A DNA stretch of 64,000 bases, taken from positions 5,830,001 through 5,894,000 of the forward strand of contig NC_045696.1 in assembly GCF_009834535.1 (NCBI RefSeq), read 5' to 3'. Shown piece after piece: positions 47,699 through 61,069 of the stretch (positions within the stretch are counted from its first letter, which is position 1; each line of letters opens with the position of its first letter). A program made the translations under genes and the position numbers. The notes beneath the pieces were generated by a model that saw nothing but the letters and a program-made list of their open reading frames with translations, did no database searches and was not told where the DNA came from. The DNA is from Camelus ferus (Eukaryota).

Positions 47699-48571
47699 AT
47701 GGCCAACAGACACTTGAGAAGATGCTCAATATCACTAATTATCAGAGAAATGCAAATCAAAACTGCCAGTCAGAATGGCCGTCATTAAAAAGTCCACAAA
47801 TGATTAAGGCTGGAGAGGGTGTGGAGAAAAGGGAACCCTCCTGCACTGCTGCTGGGAATGTAAATTGGTGCAGCCATTATGGAGGACAGTATAGAGGTTC
47901 CTTAAAAAACTGAAAATAGACTTACCCTATGATCCAGCAATCCCACTCCCAGGCATACATCCAGAGAAAACTCTAATTCAAAAAGATACATGCACCCGAG
48001 TGTTCACAGCAGCACTATTTACAATAACCAAGACATGGAAACAACCTAAATGTCCATTGACTGAAGACTGGATAAAGAAGATATATATATGATACTACTC
48101 AGCCATAAAAAAGAATAAAGTAATGCCATTTGCAGCAACATGGATTGACCCGGAGATCGTCATTCTAAGTGAAGTAAGTCAGACAGAGAAAGAAAAATAC
48201 CATATGATATAATTTATATGTAGAATCTTAAAAAAAAGATACAAATGAACTTATTTACAAAATAGAAACAGACTCACAGACATTAGAGAACAAACTTATG
48301 GTTACTGGGGGGTAAGGAGGTGGGAAGGGTTAAATTGGGAGTTTGGGATTTGCAGATACTAACTACTATATATAAAATAGATAAACAATAAGTTTCTTCT
48401 GTACAGCACAGAGAACTATATTCAATATCTTGTAGTAACCTATAACGAAAAAGAATTTAAAAAGGAATCTATGTATGTGTATGGATGACTGAAACATTAT
48501 GCTGTACACCAGAAATTGACATAACATTGTAAACTCACTATACGTCAATAGAAGAGAATGCAAATTAAAAA
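47699..48571 (+). mobile_element. 5'-truncated L1 inserted in the MLT1 LTR
   Basis: ORF2 end, 3'UTR and A tail. Imperfect TSD aagaccctgtctcc (47678-47691) and aagaccgtctcc (48572-48583). Confidence 0.9.
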
Positions 48572-49055
48572 AAGACCGTCTCCAAATAAGGTCATCATCT
48601 GAGTGACACTGGGTGTCTTATTCTGTTTGGGCTGCTATAACAGAACCCCATTGACTAGGTGGCTTGCAAACAACAGAAATTTATCTCTCACTGTCTGGAG
48701 GCTGGGAAGTCCAAGATCAAGGCGCTGGCATATACTGCGTCTGGCTCCTGGCATGGAGAGGGCCAGGGCTGCCTGCGGGGAGGAGAGGGTGTGTGTGCTT
48801 AGCACTCCAGCGGTCATGTGGACATGTGGAAGTTTTCAAAAGGAATGGGGAACACGCACGCTTACTTCTGCAAAGTAAACATTTCTGGAAATGGTTGCTT
48901 CATGGAAGCAGCCCACACATCTAGCACAGAATGTTACACAAGCTTTGGAAGTCATGGGTGGAAATTGTTTGCAAAGTCTTTTGGAACCTCCTAACAAATG
49001 TTTGCTTCAGTCTTGAAGGCTAAAACAAACAACGCCTCTGTTTCAAAAATGTCAG

Positions 49056-49228
49056 CTATATACCAAATAGATAAGCAACAAGGAGAAGCTCTATAGCACG
49101 GGAATTAAACCCATTACCTTGTAATAACCTATAATGGAGTACAGTCAACAAAAATATCGAATCACTACGCTGCACACCTGAAGCTAACACAATACTGTAA
49201 ATCTATGATACTTCAATTCAAAAAAAGT
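49056..49228 (+). mobile_element. Short L1 3' tail
   Basis: ctatataccaaatagataagcaacaagga...gtaataacctataatgga...cttcaattcaaaaaaa. Confidence 0.8.
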
Positions 49229-49598
49229 TGGCTAAGGAGATGTTTTGTTCACTTTTAGCTGAAAATGTAATAGAGAAGCACCTTTGTATTCTACTGCGGG
49301 TTAATCACTTAAAGAGACATTGCCTAAAAGCTCAAGTTACACATAATGGCTGGTCTCTGGGAACCTGGCCTCCCAGGCAATGAGCCTTAAGCTAACATAC
49401 CTTTGTTTAGCTCACAGGAAACCTCGTGAGCAAGCCCACCTGTGAAGGGTTGCAGGAAGGAAGACATTAACACATCCCCTTACACATCCGGCTGGAACTA
49501 GGACTCCACCCCCACCTCCCAGTATAAAAGAAGCCTGAATTCTAACTGGGGTAAGAAGTTTCTTTGGGACACTAGTCCACCATCTTCTCCAGCTGCTG
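49229..49598 (+). mobile_element. ERV1-class LTR fragment related to 29327-29843, 3'-truncated (5' boundary uncertain)
   Basis: agtataaaagaagcctgaattctaactggggtaag...gacactagtccaccatcttct matches the reverse complement of ~29435-29500. Confidence 0.7.
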
Positions 49599-52500
49599 TT
49601 TGCTGTTAGCCCTGGGGTGAGGGTAGGGGGTGGGGGGAGCCGTGCTGGCATGTTTGTGGTCTGGGTCACGGGAAACTGGCTCCTTGCTCCTGTGTGAGTG
49701 AAGTCAGGGAGGTGGGTCAGTGTCTAAGCTTTTCTCCTGCTTTCCTGAAGAATGATGCTCTTTGCAGCTCAGACTTCAGGTTAGTCTTTCTCCCTTACCT
49801 GGGTAAGTTTAGATTCCCATATGCGGGCTCCCTATAAGTTGCAATTCTCTCTTGTGAAATCTGTTTGACAGTTGGTTCAAGCGCTGTGACTGTGGCTCGT
49901 TCCCTTGTTGATCTGGGGGTAGAGGTGGTCGCAGCAGATGTGCTGTGGCTGGGAAACGAAGCCTGGCGGGGAGATACCAAAACTCCTGTTGGGGACGGCG
50001 GAGTGTGTCAACGGGGACTCCTGGATGTCGGAGTGGAACCAGTGGGCCAGTGTGGGCTGTGGGCGCTGTTGCATCCCGGAGCCCTTGCTCAGGAGAGCCA
50101 GCCGCCGAGGTGAGCGGGTTTGGAGCCTCGCTCATGGGCAAGTCACTCAGCCTCTTGGCGTCTCTATTTTCCCATCCGTGAGACAGAATTTACATTCTTA
50201 GCGGGTCTCTCCTGAGACTGGAGAAAACATTTGAGAGCCGCCCGGGAGAGAAGGCACGGAGCGCAGGCGCGGAGCAGCGCACCCCTACCGATGGGATCCG
50301 GAGACGCCAGGATGTGATCTCCAAGCAGGAAATCCAAGAAATTCCCAAGTTAAGATTTCACCAGAGAGGTCAAATCATCCTCGGGCAGTATAGAGAAAAA
50401 AGAGGCAGACAAAATTAAACAAAACCAGGAAGAAATCCAAGAGATCACGGAGAAAAAATGTCCAGCCAGATCCTCCCAGGGTGTACGTGACTCCGTAGGA
50501 GCTGATTCTCCCTCGGAGCGTGTTGCCGCCTGCAGGCTCCCCGGAAGACGCTACCACAGCCGCCAGCAAACTTGTCCACTCCTACGGGGACTTTCGAGGC
50601 TGCTGGGTAACCTAAGCCTTGCTCCGATCTCTGTCAGCATCCCTTTAATATGATTTGAAAGAAAGATTCCTAGGAAGCCACTGGCACACCAGTTCCTTCT
50701 GCACAAACTCTCCACCAGGAGTCAAGTCCCTGCTGTGGGAGGTGGCTCGGGGCGCTGTCTCTGTGGACACTGCTGCCGGCGGAAATCCCGCCAGGTGCGT
50801 TCCACCCACGGTGCAGGGTCCGAAAGTCTGAGTCCCAGTGGAGAAGGGCGTCAGGAGAGTGTGTGGGTCCTCTGCATCATATCTTTCTCCAAATCGGAAA
50901 AGGTAAAATGCCCAAGTCATCTCTGGACAGACATTTCTAGAACAATGATTGCCTAATAATAATTAACCAGTCTCTGTTCCTTTGGGGACATCTAGATTGT
51001 CAAATCTGTGAAATGACTGGGCTTTTTGCATTCCTCTGGTAACACTGAAGTCAAATTCTGGAAGCAGAAGTAAATCCTCCATCCCACGATATGGAGCCTT
51101 ATTTTAAAAACCAAATGAGACAGTCACCAACTCATGCCAGGTGTGGGTTCTAAGTGCCCAGATGCACGATGGGGTGGCACTAGCCCTTCCCCAGTGTTCC
51201 CCAGCCAAACCACTGAAGACTCAAGAGTATTACTTCAAAAGGCTCATAGTTCCCTACTCTTGAAAATTAAAAAAAATATGTTTTCCCTGATTATCCAAGT
51301 TATTCGTGCCCATTGCAGACAGCTGGAAATGAGAGTGTAGAGGAAGGGATGGAATTTACCATGATGCTCCCACCAGCCAAGGTAGCCGCTGTGAACATTT
51401 TGATACAGAACATGTTGATATGAACAGCTTGGATCTTACGGTATCGACTTTTTTTCCTTTCCTTTTCTACTTAATATTGTGTATAATGTTTAGTGACATT
51501 TTTCCATGTCACTGAAAATTATTTGTAAGCATGGTTTTAAAGCTTTTCATTATGAAAATTTAAAAACAGACCAAATCAGAGAGCAGTTTATCATGAACTG
51601 GAAACACTGACAATTATCAGAAAGTGGCCACTCTTGTTTTTTCTAACGCCTCTAATCCCTCACTCCCACCCCAAATTACTGTGAAATGCTTCCTAAGAAT
51701 CACATAATTTCACCTCTAACAGTTTCAGTATGCAACTGAAAGGTAAGGAAAAGTCAGAGAACTTAAAAACAAGTAATACCAATAAAACCACAATCCCATT
51801 ATCCTGTCTAAAAACAAATGACAAATTTTTAACATCACCAAATATCCAGTCAAGGCTTACACGTCCCTGAGTGTCTTGTGAATTTTATTTTTGACCATTT
51901 GTTTATTTGAATTGGGATCCAAACAAGACTGATTCATTTAGATTGTTCCATAAATCTCTCTCTTATTATTAAATTATTCTTACAATTTGCTTGTTGAAGA
52001 AGCCAACACATTCGCCCAGTAATTTCCTAGAGTCTGATATTGCTGATGGAATCCAGGTGACTTTGTCTAACATGTTTCTCTAGCCTTTCTTTTTCCTACC
52101 TGTTAGTAGTTATTGGCATCTTCCAGCAGGTCTGCAGGCGGTAACACACTCCGAGGGAGAATCAGCATCTTGATAAGGGACCAAGAGGGCAGCGTGGCAA
52201 CAAGTGATTCCAACTGCTGATCATCCTGCAGGTGACTCCTCCTGTGAGGACACAGTCACCACTTAACCCTGTGGCTCTTGCTAGGAGAGGCTGCAAACGT
52301 GGGTGCACAAAGGAGAGAGTGGAGGCAACATTCAAGAAAATTGAAAGTGAGGATGAGGGGCTCGTGTGTGTGTGTGTGTACGTGTACGTGTAAAATACCT
52401 GGATAGCTGCCTTACCTCTATGTTGGAATTTGTTGGTTGAGATATAATTAGTTTGGTGCTTAAATTTTGCATGTTTTCTATTATTGACGAAGCATAACGT

Positions 52501-52795
52501 AGATTAGTTGTAATCAAGCTTCTGTGTTTGTATCGTGACGGGGGAGGAACACTGAGCTGCCTTAGGTCTCAGCTCCACCACCGACGAGCACTGTGACCCT
52601 GGGAGGCCCCCTTGAGCCTCTCAAACCTCAGTTTCTTCATCCATGAAATGGGGCAGCAACCCTCCCTGCCCTCACAGTACTGTTGGAACTGGGCAAGTAG
52701 AGGATATTTGAGAAATGCTTTGTGAATTTGCAAAGTGCAGTTCCTGTAAGAGACAGATCTGCAGGGGCTGTGACTTTCCCCCTCAGTATCTTTTT

Positions 52796-52895
52796 TTTTT
52801 TAATTGAAGTATAGTCAGTTTACAATATTGTGTCAATTTCTGGTGTACAGCATCATGTCAGTCATACATGTACAGACACATACTCATTTTCATAT
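52796..52895 (-). mobile_element. Very short (~100 bp) L1 tail
   Basis: 14-bp TSD ctcagtatcttttt at 52782-52795 and 52896-52909. Confidence 0.9.
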
Positions 52896-53149
52896 CTCAG
52901 TATCTTTTTAAGTGCTGAGCACTGAGCTACCCATTAATATGTGCTCAATAAGCCTTGGCCACATTAGTCTTTAAAATTTTAAAAAATGAAACATTTTTAA
53001 TAATTTTTCTTGCTTATGATCTACTTTATTTAATAATAGTGTAGCCATTCTGGTTTTAATGTTTGTTATTGTTAGCTATATATATCCTGGTATATTTCTA
53101 TTCTCTTACTTTCAAACATTCTATTTTCTCATAGCCATGTTCGTTTTTA

Positions 53150-54590
53150 CTTTTTTAAAAGTGTACAGTTCAGTGGCATTAGGTGTATTCAATTCAGTGT
53201 GCAACCATCACCACCATTCATGTCCAGAACTTTTCCACCTCCCCGGATTGAAACACATTAAATGCTAACTCCTCATTGTCCTCTCCCCCAGCCCCCGGCA
53301 ACCGCAACCACCATCCTACGTTCTTTATGGATTTGATACTCTGGGACCTTATGTCAGTGGACTCACACAATACTTGTTCTTGTGTGATGGCTTACTTCAC
53401 TTAGTATAATATTTTTAAGGTAATACTGAAATCCTAATTTATTAAGTTTTCCAATCCATGGACCCAGGATGTCTTTCCATTTATTGATGTCTTCTTTAAT
53501 TTCCTTCAGCAACATTTTGTAGTTAAATTTTTTTTTAATTGAACTACAGTTGATTTACAATGTGTTACTTTCAGGTGTTCAGCAAAGTGATTCAGTTAGA
53601 CACGTATATATGTACATATATATCTTTATATTCAGTTATATATATATAGTCTTTTTCAGATTCTTTCCATTATAGTTTATTATAAGGTATTGAATGTAGT
53701 TCCCTGTGCTGTACAGTAGGTCCTTGTTGTTTGCCTATTTTATATATAGTAGTGTGTATCAGTGAATCCCAAACTCCTAATTTATCCCTAGACCCCTTTC
53801 CCCTTTGGTAACTGTAAGACTGCTTTCTATGTCTGTGAGTCTGTTTCTGTTTTGTAAATAAGTTCACTTGTATCATTTTTTTTTAAGATTCCACATGTAA
53901 ATGATATCATATGATATCTGTCTTTCTCTGCCTGACTTACTTCACTTGTATGATCATCTCTAGGTCCATTCATGTTGCTGCAATTGGCAATATTTCATTC
54001 TTTTTTATGGCTGAGTATTATTTCATTATATATATGTAATATATTATATATATTTATATATGTACCATGTCTTCTTTATCCAGTCATCTGTTGATGGACA
54101 TTTAGGTTGCTTCCATGTCTTGGCTATTATAAATAGTGCTGCTATGAACATTGGGGTGCATGTATCCTTTCAAATTAGAGTTTTTGTCTTTCCTGGATAT
54201 ATGCCCAGCAGTGGACTTGCTGGATCATATGATAACTCTATTTTCACTTTTTAATGAACCTCCATACTGTTCTCCATAGTGGTGGCAACATTTTGTAGTT
54301 TTAGGTGTACAAGTATTTCATCTCTACGGTTAAGTTTATCCCTAAATATTTTATTCTTTTTGATGCTATTTTAAGTGAAATTGTTCATTTCCTTTCTAGA
54401 CTGTTCATTGTTAGTGTATGGAAATGCACCTGATTTTTGTGTGATAATTTTGTAGCCAGCAATTTTTCTGAATTCATTTATTCATTGTAATAGTTTCTTT
54501 TTGGTGGAATTTTTAGGGCTTACTATATATGTGATCATGTCATCTTCAAACAGTGACAATGTCACTTTTCTCTTTTTGATTTAGATGTAT
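53150..54590 (-). mobile_element. Older L1 fragments (3'UTR plus ORF2 segment) hosting a younger L1
   Basis: aaagtgtacagttcagtggcattaggt... 3'UTR, and ORF2-type ttaagtttatccctaaatattttattctttttgatgctatt. Confidence 0.75.
53525..54284 (-). mobile_element. Younger L1 nested in the older L1
   Basis: Perfect 16-bp TSD gcaacattttgtagtt at 53509-53524 and 54285-54300. Confidence 0.92.
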
Positions 54591-55279
54591 TTATTGACCA
54601 CATTAAATCTTTACTGAACTCTTTCTAGAGCTGTTCTGTAAATAGCTACAGGTCCGAAAAAAGAGGAAGTGGAAACTGGACTAAAAACCGTGCATTTGTC
54701 TGTCTCTTCTCATTCATAAAAGGGTGTCTTGGTTCAGACAGTTTTGACTTAGGGGCCTGGTTTAAATAAACACTAAAGCAGCTCAAAGCCTTTATTTGGG
54801 ACTGAGAAGCTTTGCCATGTGTTCACTGAAGCTTCCAGAAAGGACACTATCTGGTCAATAAAGAATGTGCCAGGGAATGCTCTGTTGCAGGAATCGCCCA
54901 AATGAAGTTCAGGGACACTGAATTCTCAGTGTCCAGGAGGATGGTTGAGTGAGCAGCCTCTCCTTTGTTGATAATCTGAACCTCCTTCTGAACCAAGCAT
55001 CATTTTTCCACAAGCAAGTTTGGTTATATATAAGTTATATAATCTTAAAACATACATAACTTGCTAAAAATGACAGCAATTATAATACATAAATCTGGGA
55101 CATTTCTCTGTATTAGAAGGGGCTGCAAGATTTGAGGAGAGAAGATTAAATGTGATAGTAGATGGTGACTGTGTCCTGGTATTTCTCTCCACACAACTGT
55201 GTTGCTTGTCCATATCTGAAAATGTGTGTGTGTGACAGTTCTGAGATCCATATCCAGGAGAAGTCTGAATTAGCCACCA

Positions 55280-55640
55280 CAGGCTAGCCCTGTAACAAAC
55301 AACCCAACTACTCTAGTAGCTTAGGACAATAGAGCTTACTCCGTCCTCGCGTCCTCACGTAAAGCCCAGCGCAGCTGGGAATTCGGTGGGGAGGGAGTCT
55401 GCTTCACAGCGACACTCAGGAGCCCAGGCTCCCCTGTCTTACGGCCGTGCTGTTCTGCAAGGCCTTGGCATCCTCTCCACTCGCTGATGTGGATGTGGGA
55501 AGAGGGTGTATGGAGGACTTCACAGAAGATCTTTTTGGGGTCACACCAGAAAGTGGCCTATGTTCCTTCTGCCCGTGTTCCACTGGCCAGAACTGTCGCA
55601 TGTTCACCCCTCTGCAAAGGGGACCGGGACGCTGGTCCAG
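55280..55640 (-). mobile_element. Ancient MaLR LTR (MLT1K-like)
   Basis: gctagccctgtaacaaacaaccc...gacactcaggagcccaggct...cagaactgtcgcatg. Confidence 0.5.
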
Positions 55641-55934
55641 CTGTGTGTCTAGGAGGCAGAGGAGCCCATGTGGACATAAGGCATTCTCTGTCACCTTGGG
55701 CGTCTTGCAAATTGGTAAACCAAACCATGTGGCGTGGGAAAATAATGTTTTTATCGAATCAGGAGGTAGTAAGTTTGTAACTGCTACATTTCTTTGGGAT
55801 TCAGTTGCTTCTTGACTCAGTGAGATTTTAAAATTAATATCTTGTTAATACAGTTTTTCTAAGTGTTTGGTCTGGCTCTGTAGGCCAAATTTAAATTTTC
55901 TGTGTAAAGGTCTTAAGATGTATGCTTTTTTTCC

Positions 55935-56315
55935 TTCCAGTTTTATGGAGATATGATTGACTTCAGTACTGTGTAAGTTTAAGCTGTGTAGTGTAGTGAT
56001 TTGAACTCCATAAATCATGGAACGATCGCCACAGTAGGTTTAGTGAATATCCATCATCTTATAATAAAGAAATGGAAAAAATTTTTATTCCTTGTGATGA
56101 GAGCTCTTAGGATTTACTCTCTTAACAGCTTTTATACACAAGACACAGCAGTGTTAATTATATTAGTGATATTGTACACTACACCCCTACTACTTACTTA
56201 TCTTACAGCTGGGAGTTTGTACCTCCTGACTACCTTCATCTTACCTCACCCCCTCCAACCCCTGCCACTGGGAGCCACAAATCTGATCTAATTTTCTGTG
56301 AGTTTGTTTGTTTGC
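55935..56315 (-). mobile_element. L1 (L1MA9-like) 3'UTR
   Basis: ccagttttatggagatatgattgac...ttccttgtgatgagagctcttaggatttactctcttaaca. Confidence 0.8.
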
Positions 56316-56799
56316 TTATATATTGTCAAGAACTGCAAAGAGTCCTAGGTTTTATGCTACTTGCAAACTCACAAGTCAGCCTGCCTAGTTCACAGCGAAT
56401 GACACGAGACTCCCGGGTCACAGATGGTACTTATCTTGTTCGCTGCTGTTTACCCAGTGCCTAACGTATACTGCGCGGCACACAGAAGCCTCAAGTAGTG
56501 TTTAGGAAGGAATGAATAAGTAAATATTCATTTATTATGGACTTGTTAGTATTCAAAGTCAATGAATATTTACTTACGTAAATGAATAATTGCAAAACAA
56601 ACGAATGAGGAAATACGATGTTCTCTGATCAAACCCCTTTCTTGCGCTTTGTCTGCTGCCTCAGTCAAGGACGCTTCTCAGTTGCTAAAATCAAACCCCG
56701 AGGGCCACTCTCCTCGCTGCCTACCAGAACGGAAGCTATCACACCAGGAAGACACCTGCCAGCCAAAAATGTTCCTCCTTGTGCCAGCTCACGCAGGCT

Positions 56800-57012
56800 A
56801 GATTCTGCCGTCACTGGCCTCGAAGGCGGAGGCCGGAGCCATGGAATGCGGGCAGCCTGGGAGAAAGCTGGGGGAAGCAGACGCCCCAGGGCTTCCAGAA
56901 GGAGCCAGCCCTGCTGAGACCTCAGTCTGGGTGCTGCCCTTTCCAGGTTTCTGACCCCCAGAATCGTAATATCATAAATCTGTATTGTTTTAAACCACTG
57001 TGTTTGTGATGA
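56800..57012 (+). mobile_element. MaLR LTR 3' part (MLT1D-like)
   Basis: ggagccatggaatgcgggcagcct...ttctgacccccagaatcgtaatatcataaatctgtattgttttaaaccact. Confidence 0.75.
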
Positions 57013-57282
57013 CTGAGAGTCTTCCATGAGTACCTAAGGGCATGGGGACTGGTGGGGAAGGGAGAGGTTAACGTTAGCACACAGGTGCCCTGCCGCTCGG
57101 TAAAACCAAGCCCCTCCCCTGCTGCTGGGAGAAAAGGGCTTTTCTTTCCTTTACCGCGTACCTGTGACTTCCCAGGCTGTCTCGCCTCAGCAGGTTGGGA
57201 TCTCACTGTCTTGCACGAGGTCCATTTCCCAGGCTGTGCTCTGGCTGCTGAGATAGTAGCTTTTTCTTTCTTCATGCTCTTT

Positions 57283-57630
57283 TTTTTTTTGGTATATATA
57301 TATATATACACACACATCTTTTTGTTGAAGGATAGTCAGTTTACAATGTTGTGTCCATTTCTGGTGCACAGCACAATGCTTCAGTCATACATGAATATAC
57401 ATATATTCATTTTCATATTCTTTTTCACCATAAGTTACTACAAGATACTGAAGAGAGTTCCCTGTGCTGTATAGAATGAACTTGTTGTTTATCTATTTTA
57501 TATATAGTAGTTAGTATCTGCAAATCTTGAACTCCCAATTTATCCCTTCCCACCTCCTTTCCCCTCAGTAACCATGAGTTTGTTTTCTATGTCTGTGAGT
57601 CTGTTTCTGTTTTGTAAAGAAGTTCGTTTG
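57283..57630 (-). mobile_element. L1 3' tail
   Basis: gttgaaggatagtcagtttacaatgttgtgtc...; degenerate TSD beginning tctttcttca at 57265 and 57631. Confidence 0.85.
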
Positions 57631-57710
57631 TCTTTCTTCACATTCTTTTAAATACTCTTTTCTTCCCCTAATTGCTTTTCTCTTGTGGTTTTTCAGTGGA
57701 ACTTGGAATT

Positions 57711-57852
57711 AAAAAAATTTTTTTTTAATTTTTTTGGGGGGAGGTAATTAGGTTTTTATTTATTTATCTTTCAATGGAGGTACTGGGGACTGAACCCAGG
57801 ACCTTGCACATGCTTGGCACGCACTTTACCACTGAGCTATACCCTCACCCCA
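57711..57852 (-). mobile_element. Camelid tRNA-derived SINE (Vic-1-like)
   Basis: Minus strand reads ggggtgagggtatagctcagtggtaaagtgcgtgccaagcatgtgcaaggtcctgggttcagtccccagtacctccatt. TSD aacttggaatt at 57700-57710 and 57853-57863. Confidence 0.9.
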
Positions 57853-58966
57853 AACTTGGAATTTAATAAAGGGGAAAAAATGACAGACGACACTTTAAAA
57901 GTTGAATGTTCTAAATTTCTAAAAGGAGGATATCGAAAGGGGAAAATGTTCAAGTAGAGTCTCAAAGGGAGGAAAGAAACCAGCGAAAACAAAATTTAAA
58001 ACAGGATCGCACAACAGGAGTTAACGGATGGGTCTTGCAGGGAATAAAAAAAGAGGAAGTCCCCAAACGAGTGTATAACCTCCCGGTGACTCGTCTCCCA
58101 GAGAGGGGCGGATGGATGGAGACCCAGGATAAAGGAAGGCTGAGTATTTCCCACAAAGGTTAGAAATGCCTCCAGAAGGACGCACGAACAGGATGGTTTG
58201 ATGTTCCTGCTCCGATCTTCGTCTCCTCCTAGATGTCTTCTCTCAAAACACTATCACATTAGGAAGAGCGCATGGCTCTCGAAATTAGGTGCTTCCTTTC
58301 CCACACGTCCCGAGCGGCAGCTCCGGTAATTGAGATTGCAGAGTCTTGGAGCACAGGCCACATTTTCTCCCACAGCATGGCCTCGCGATACCTCTTCACC
58401 TGACTCCAAAGATGTGCGTGGTCCTTCTGGTTGAAAGAGATGGGGTTTGACATCTCATGCGTGTATATGTCTGTGAAAAATGCAGGAGGCTTTCTTTTCA
58501 CACCCAGCGTTCTGGAGCTTGTGTGTGCTTGTTGAGTGACTTTGTGGACTATTACTCAGTAGTTGTCCTCTCTAACCTTGTTTGAAGTTAGGAAATGTCT
58601 CTTGATATTGATAATCAGCCTGTGCCTTTGAGCTGACAAATGGTCTCAATACAAAGACCTTTCCAAACACTTGCAGGTAGACCGACTCCCTGGTGCTTCT
58701 CGCCACTCATTAGAGCTTTTATTTGCAGCTGTTTTTCTGTCACTTATCAGTCGAGTTAATGATGCTTTATTAATTTGTTAAAGCTTTGTATTTGCTGTCA
58801 TATATAATCATAACATTGTCATAAAAGCCAATAATTTGTAGGTGATGGCAGATGGTAGGGTCCGGATGGGTGCCAGAGAGAGAAGTGAATTTATAGATCA
58901 TATCACAGTATTTTTGTCTTCAAAGTTCCTTTCAAAGAAAAATTCCTTTCTTTTTCTCTGGCAAAA

Positions 58967-58999
<33 letters not shown>

Positions 59000-60534
59000 G
59001 TGTGTTTGTCTTGAGGACATGAAACTTTGAAATAATTTTCCTCCAGGAAGTCCCTCTGGTGCCAACTTTCCATGACAACTGCTGAAAACATGCTGAGATG
59101 TTTTACAAAACAAAACAAATAACCAAAACCCAATAATAGTAATAAAATTACTGGAAGCAAGGGTAGAGATCAGCCAAGGAATTAAAAAGTTTCTGAGTAG
59201 CAGAGCAGTCATTTCTGCCACTGCAATTCCAGTCATGTTGGAAATTGTCTTTGTTTTGAATCCCTTTGATGAGAAATCTCTCTGGGTCGCTTGCAACGCC
59301 TCTGGTATGAGTGTCTTGGAAAAACAAGTCTAATTTCTAGTTTCCTTTGGGGAAGGGGAAGATGAAATGTTTTTTCCTTTTCTTGAGCAGCGTGTGATTT
59401 AGCCAGATTCCCCCTGTGAAGCTTCAGATGCCATCAGTGTGATAAATGGCCACATGGCTCTGCAAATAATTTGAAATCCTGGGGAAATTCTCTGGAGTTG
59501 GACTGGAAGTTGGGGGCTGTACCACCTCCTAGGAGAGAAGGTATTTGAGATGAATGGGATTTGTATATTTCATGCCAGATGCCCACCTAGAAAGGGCAGA
59601 CCAACAGGGATGTTGACCATCTCACAATGGGCATATTGACCAATCTCTCTGCCCTTGGAGGTGGCTGAACTCTCCTTCTAAGAGCTGCCTGTGGCGAATG
59701 TGGCACTGCCCCATGCCTAGGACTTCAGAAAATTGGCAGACAGCTGCTTCAATGATGTCTGGGAAACATCCAAATGATGGTTTCCCCTGGGGCTCTTGTT
59801 CTGATTTGAAATTACTGGAGTTATTTACTAATCTGGGAAGCAGGCACCTTCCAGTGGGTGGAAACGGCATCTGACTGGCTCTTTGAATACTGGCTACTGT
59901 TGCTGTGGACTGGTGCTTTTTTGTGGGAGGCCAGCCTCCTCGTGGGGTCTCTGGCTGCCAAGGCACAGCCAGTTTTAGGGCCTGGGGTCCCCACTCCAGA
60001 GACTTGGGTATCCGATGGCGGCAGTGGAAGAAGGAATTTGTCCCTTTCCCCCTTGACACTCCAGGGGCTGACCTTTGCTTTGAGGAGTGAATACATGGGG
60101 CCCCCTTATCAGAGCCTTGAGCATCACAAAACAGGCACATGTTCTAGTTCCCGCATCAGATTTCCAAGAGTCTCAAGGTCTTCGAAAGAGACCCTCTGTT
60201 TCTGTGGAGTCTGTCCCCTGGAACTTTACTGAGGGACGACGAGTCAGTAAAGACTGACTCAGCAGTTTAACCGTATTTGCACATATTTTAAGGACTCTAG
60301 GAATGGCCTCCAGTCTGAGGCTCTGCCTCCATGGTCTTCTCCATGAAGTGCTTGGCTCTTCTTGGGCAGCCTCCTCCTAACAAAGGCCAGGGCTGGGGAG
60401 ATCTTCGTGGGCAGCCTTTGAAACTCCATGACTGTTGCTAACCCCCTAGGTGCGAGGAGTTCGGGAACCAAAGGGCACGCCTGCACTCCCGCGGAGGCAC
60501 GAGGAAAAGTACCTTCTTGCTGATGATCCTATAG

Positions 60535-60745
60535 CAGCGATCAGCAAACTTTTTCTGTAAAGGGCCAAGTAACAGGCATTTTAAGCTTTGCTGGTCATCT
60601 GGATAATTACTCAACTCTGCCATTGAAGCAGGAGAGCAGTTGTGGGTGATCCTTAAATAAGTGGTCACAGCTGTGCTCCGACAAATCGTCATTTGAAAAA
60701 TAGGCAGGGAGCCAGATGTGCCCCTGGGCCACAGTTTGCTGATTT
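60535..60745. mobile_element. MER58A-like MITE
   Basis: tcagcaaactttttctgtaaagggcca...tactcaactctgccattg...gggccacagtttgctga. Confidence 0.8.
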
Positions 60746-61069
60746 CAGCTCCTAGTAACTTTCTCTTCCCGCTAAAAAAAAGAAAGACAAGTCATTCATT
60801 GGTTTCTCACTGTCTCAGTTTATTGACTATAACAGCTTGATTACATCTCACTCAAATAAAAACCGAGAAGAGGAAGGCAGGAAGTGCTGGTGGAATGTGG
60901 GGGAGGGACATCTGATCCACCTCGAATGGGGGCTAAGGTTGGGGGAAAAGATTTGGGTGGTGGAGAGGGTCTCAGGTGAGCTTCTCAGGTGTAGCGGTGC
61001 TGAGATGGGTTTTGAGGATGAAGTAGGAGTTTCAGGAGGTACTGCCGTGGAGGTACTTTGTAGATAAGG

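Noticed and set aside
49794..49808. Back-to-back splice-donor-like motifs (cttacctgg/gtaagt)
   Set aside because: No partner acceptor or exon evidence; such motifs are common by chance.
32781..57852. Three tRNA-like sequences as tRNA genes
   Set aside because: They have AT-rich tails, TSDs and degenerate stems, so they are SINEs.
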